Made by a program: the position numbers and the translations under genes. Of a DNA stretch of 64,000 nt, positions 63,734-64,000 are shown piece by piece; the stretch's first letter is position 1; each line of letters opens with the position of its first letter. The notes under the pieces were generated by a model. That model was given only the letters and a program-made list of their open reading frames with translations. It searched no databases and was not told the DNA's origin. The stretch is from Candidatus Kuenenia stuttgartensis (GTDB lineage: Bacteria; Planctomycetota; Planctomycetia; Pirellulales; UBA1268): NCBI GenBank assembly GCA_945883745.1, contig CAMCYH010000003.1:20-64019 (forward strand). The letters run 5' to 3'.

Positions 63734-64000
63734 TTACCACTCGATCGTGGATCCGTCGAAGACGGGGCCTTCGACACAGGTCCTTCGATAGTCCCAGGTT
63801 CCTTCGGCATCACGCACCTTCGCCACGCAGGTGAAGCAGATCCCGATGCCGCAGGCCATCGGTGCCTCGAGCGATACGTCACAGACGACGTGACGGCTTT
63901 GCGCCCACCGCGTGACGGCGGCCATCATCGGCTCGGGGCCGCAGCAGGCCACGCGGAGCGATTCTCCGTCGTCACCCAAAACGTCATTCAAAAGGTCAAC
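63734..64000 (-). CDS. pyrK: dihydroorotate dehydrogenase electron-transfer subunit (PyrK-like); 5' end outside the window
   Basis: The C-terminal sequence ...CCGPEPMMAAVTRWAQSRHVVCDVSLEAPMACGIGICFTCV... carries the 2Fe-2S CxxxxCxxC...C pattern typical of PyrK. The frame stays open to the window edge. Confidence 0.7.
   Translation of the reverse strand, partial: VDLLNDVLGDDGESLRVACCGPEPMMAAVTRWAQSRHVVCDVSLEAPMACGIGICFTCVAKVRDAEGTWDYRRTCVEGPVFDGSTIEW

Overview
High-GC (about mid-60s % by eye), gene-dense, mostly core-housekeeping chromosome. The gene content looks Planctomycetota/PVC-like: DUF1573 and DUF3500 proteins, multihaem cytochrome fusions, many TPR/helical-repeat exported proteins, frequent GTG/TTG starts, weak Shine-Dalgarno signals and many 4-nt ATGA start/stop overlaps. 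This taxonomic call is an inference from composition and gene content, not from a search.

Recognisable blocks, in order:
- partial crtI-like desaturase
- LplT/PlsC-type lysophospholipid recycling fusion
- tRNA-Arg(ACG)
- ruvC-ruvA-ruvB
- rpmF-fabD-fabG-acpP-fabF, followed by a secreted hypothetical and a catalytically degenerate ketosynthase paralogue
- nusA-infB-rbfA, followed by an HhH-like protein with a Lys/Pro/Ala tail
- yebC
- proS, DUF1573 protein and tetrahaem cytochrome (minus strand)
- yhaM-like gene, then rnr-gcvT-gcvH and a lipoate ligase-like gene
- FHA protein, a small conserved-looking protein and a TPR lipoprotein
- serC-serA
- a five-gene module of two helical-repeat proteins plus ExbB-ExbD-ExbD
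- metH-xerD (minus strand)
- a three-gene TM / pseudo-P-loop / ExeA-like ATPase operon
- DUF3500 protein and thiO-like gene
- mutM
- trpB-trpA, convergent with trpE and a degenerate ABC ATPase
- mcsA-mcsB
- coaD
- cobA/hemD fusion
- TPR protein
- rpsT
- partial pyrK

I saw no rRNA, CRISPR array, transposase or prophage.

The best candidates for uncharacterised biology are:
1. the TonB-less ExbB-ExbD-ExbD module coupled to two large exported helical-repeat proteins (35536-41808);
2. the Glu/Gln/Asn-triad ketosynthase paralogue appended to the FAS-II locus;
3. the operon of a small TM protein, a Walker-A Lys-to-Arg P-loop protein and an ExeA-like AAA ATPase;
4. a family of structured palindromic intergenic elements at several operon ends.

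All functional calls rest on motif recognition by eye. No database search was run.
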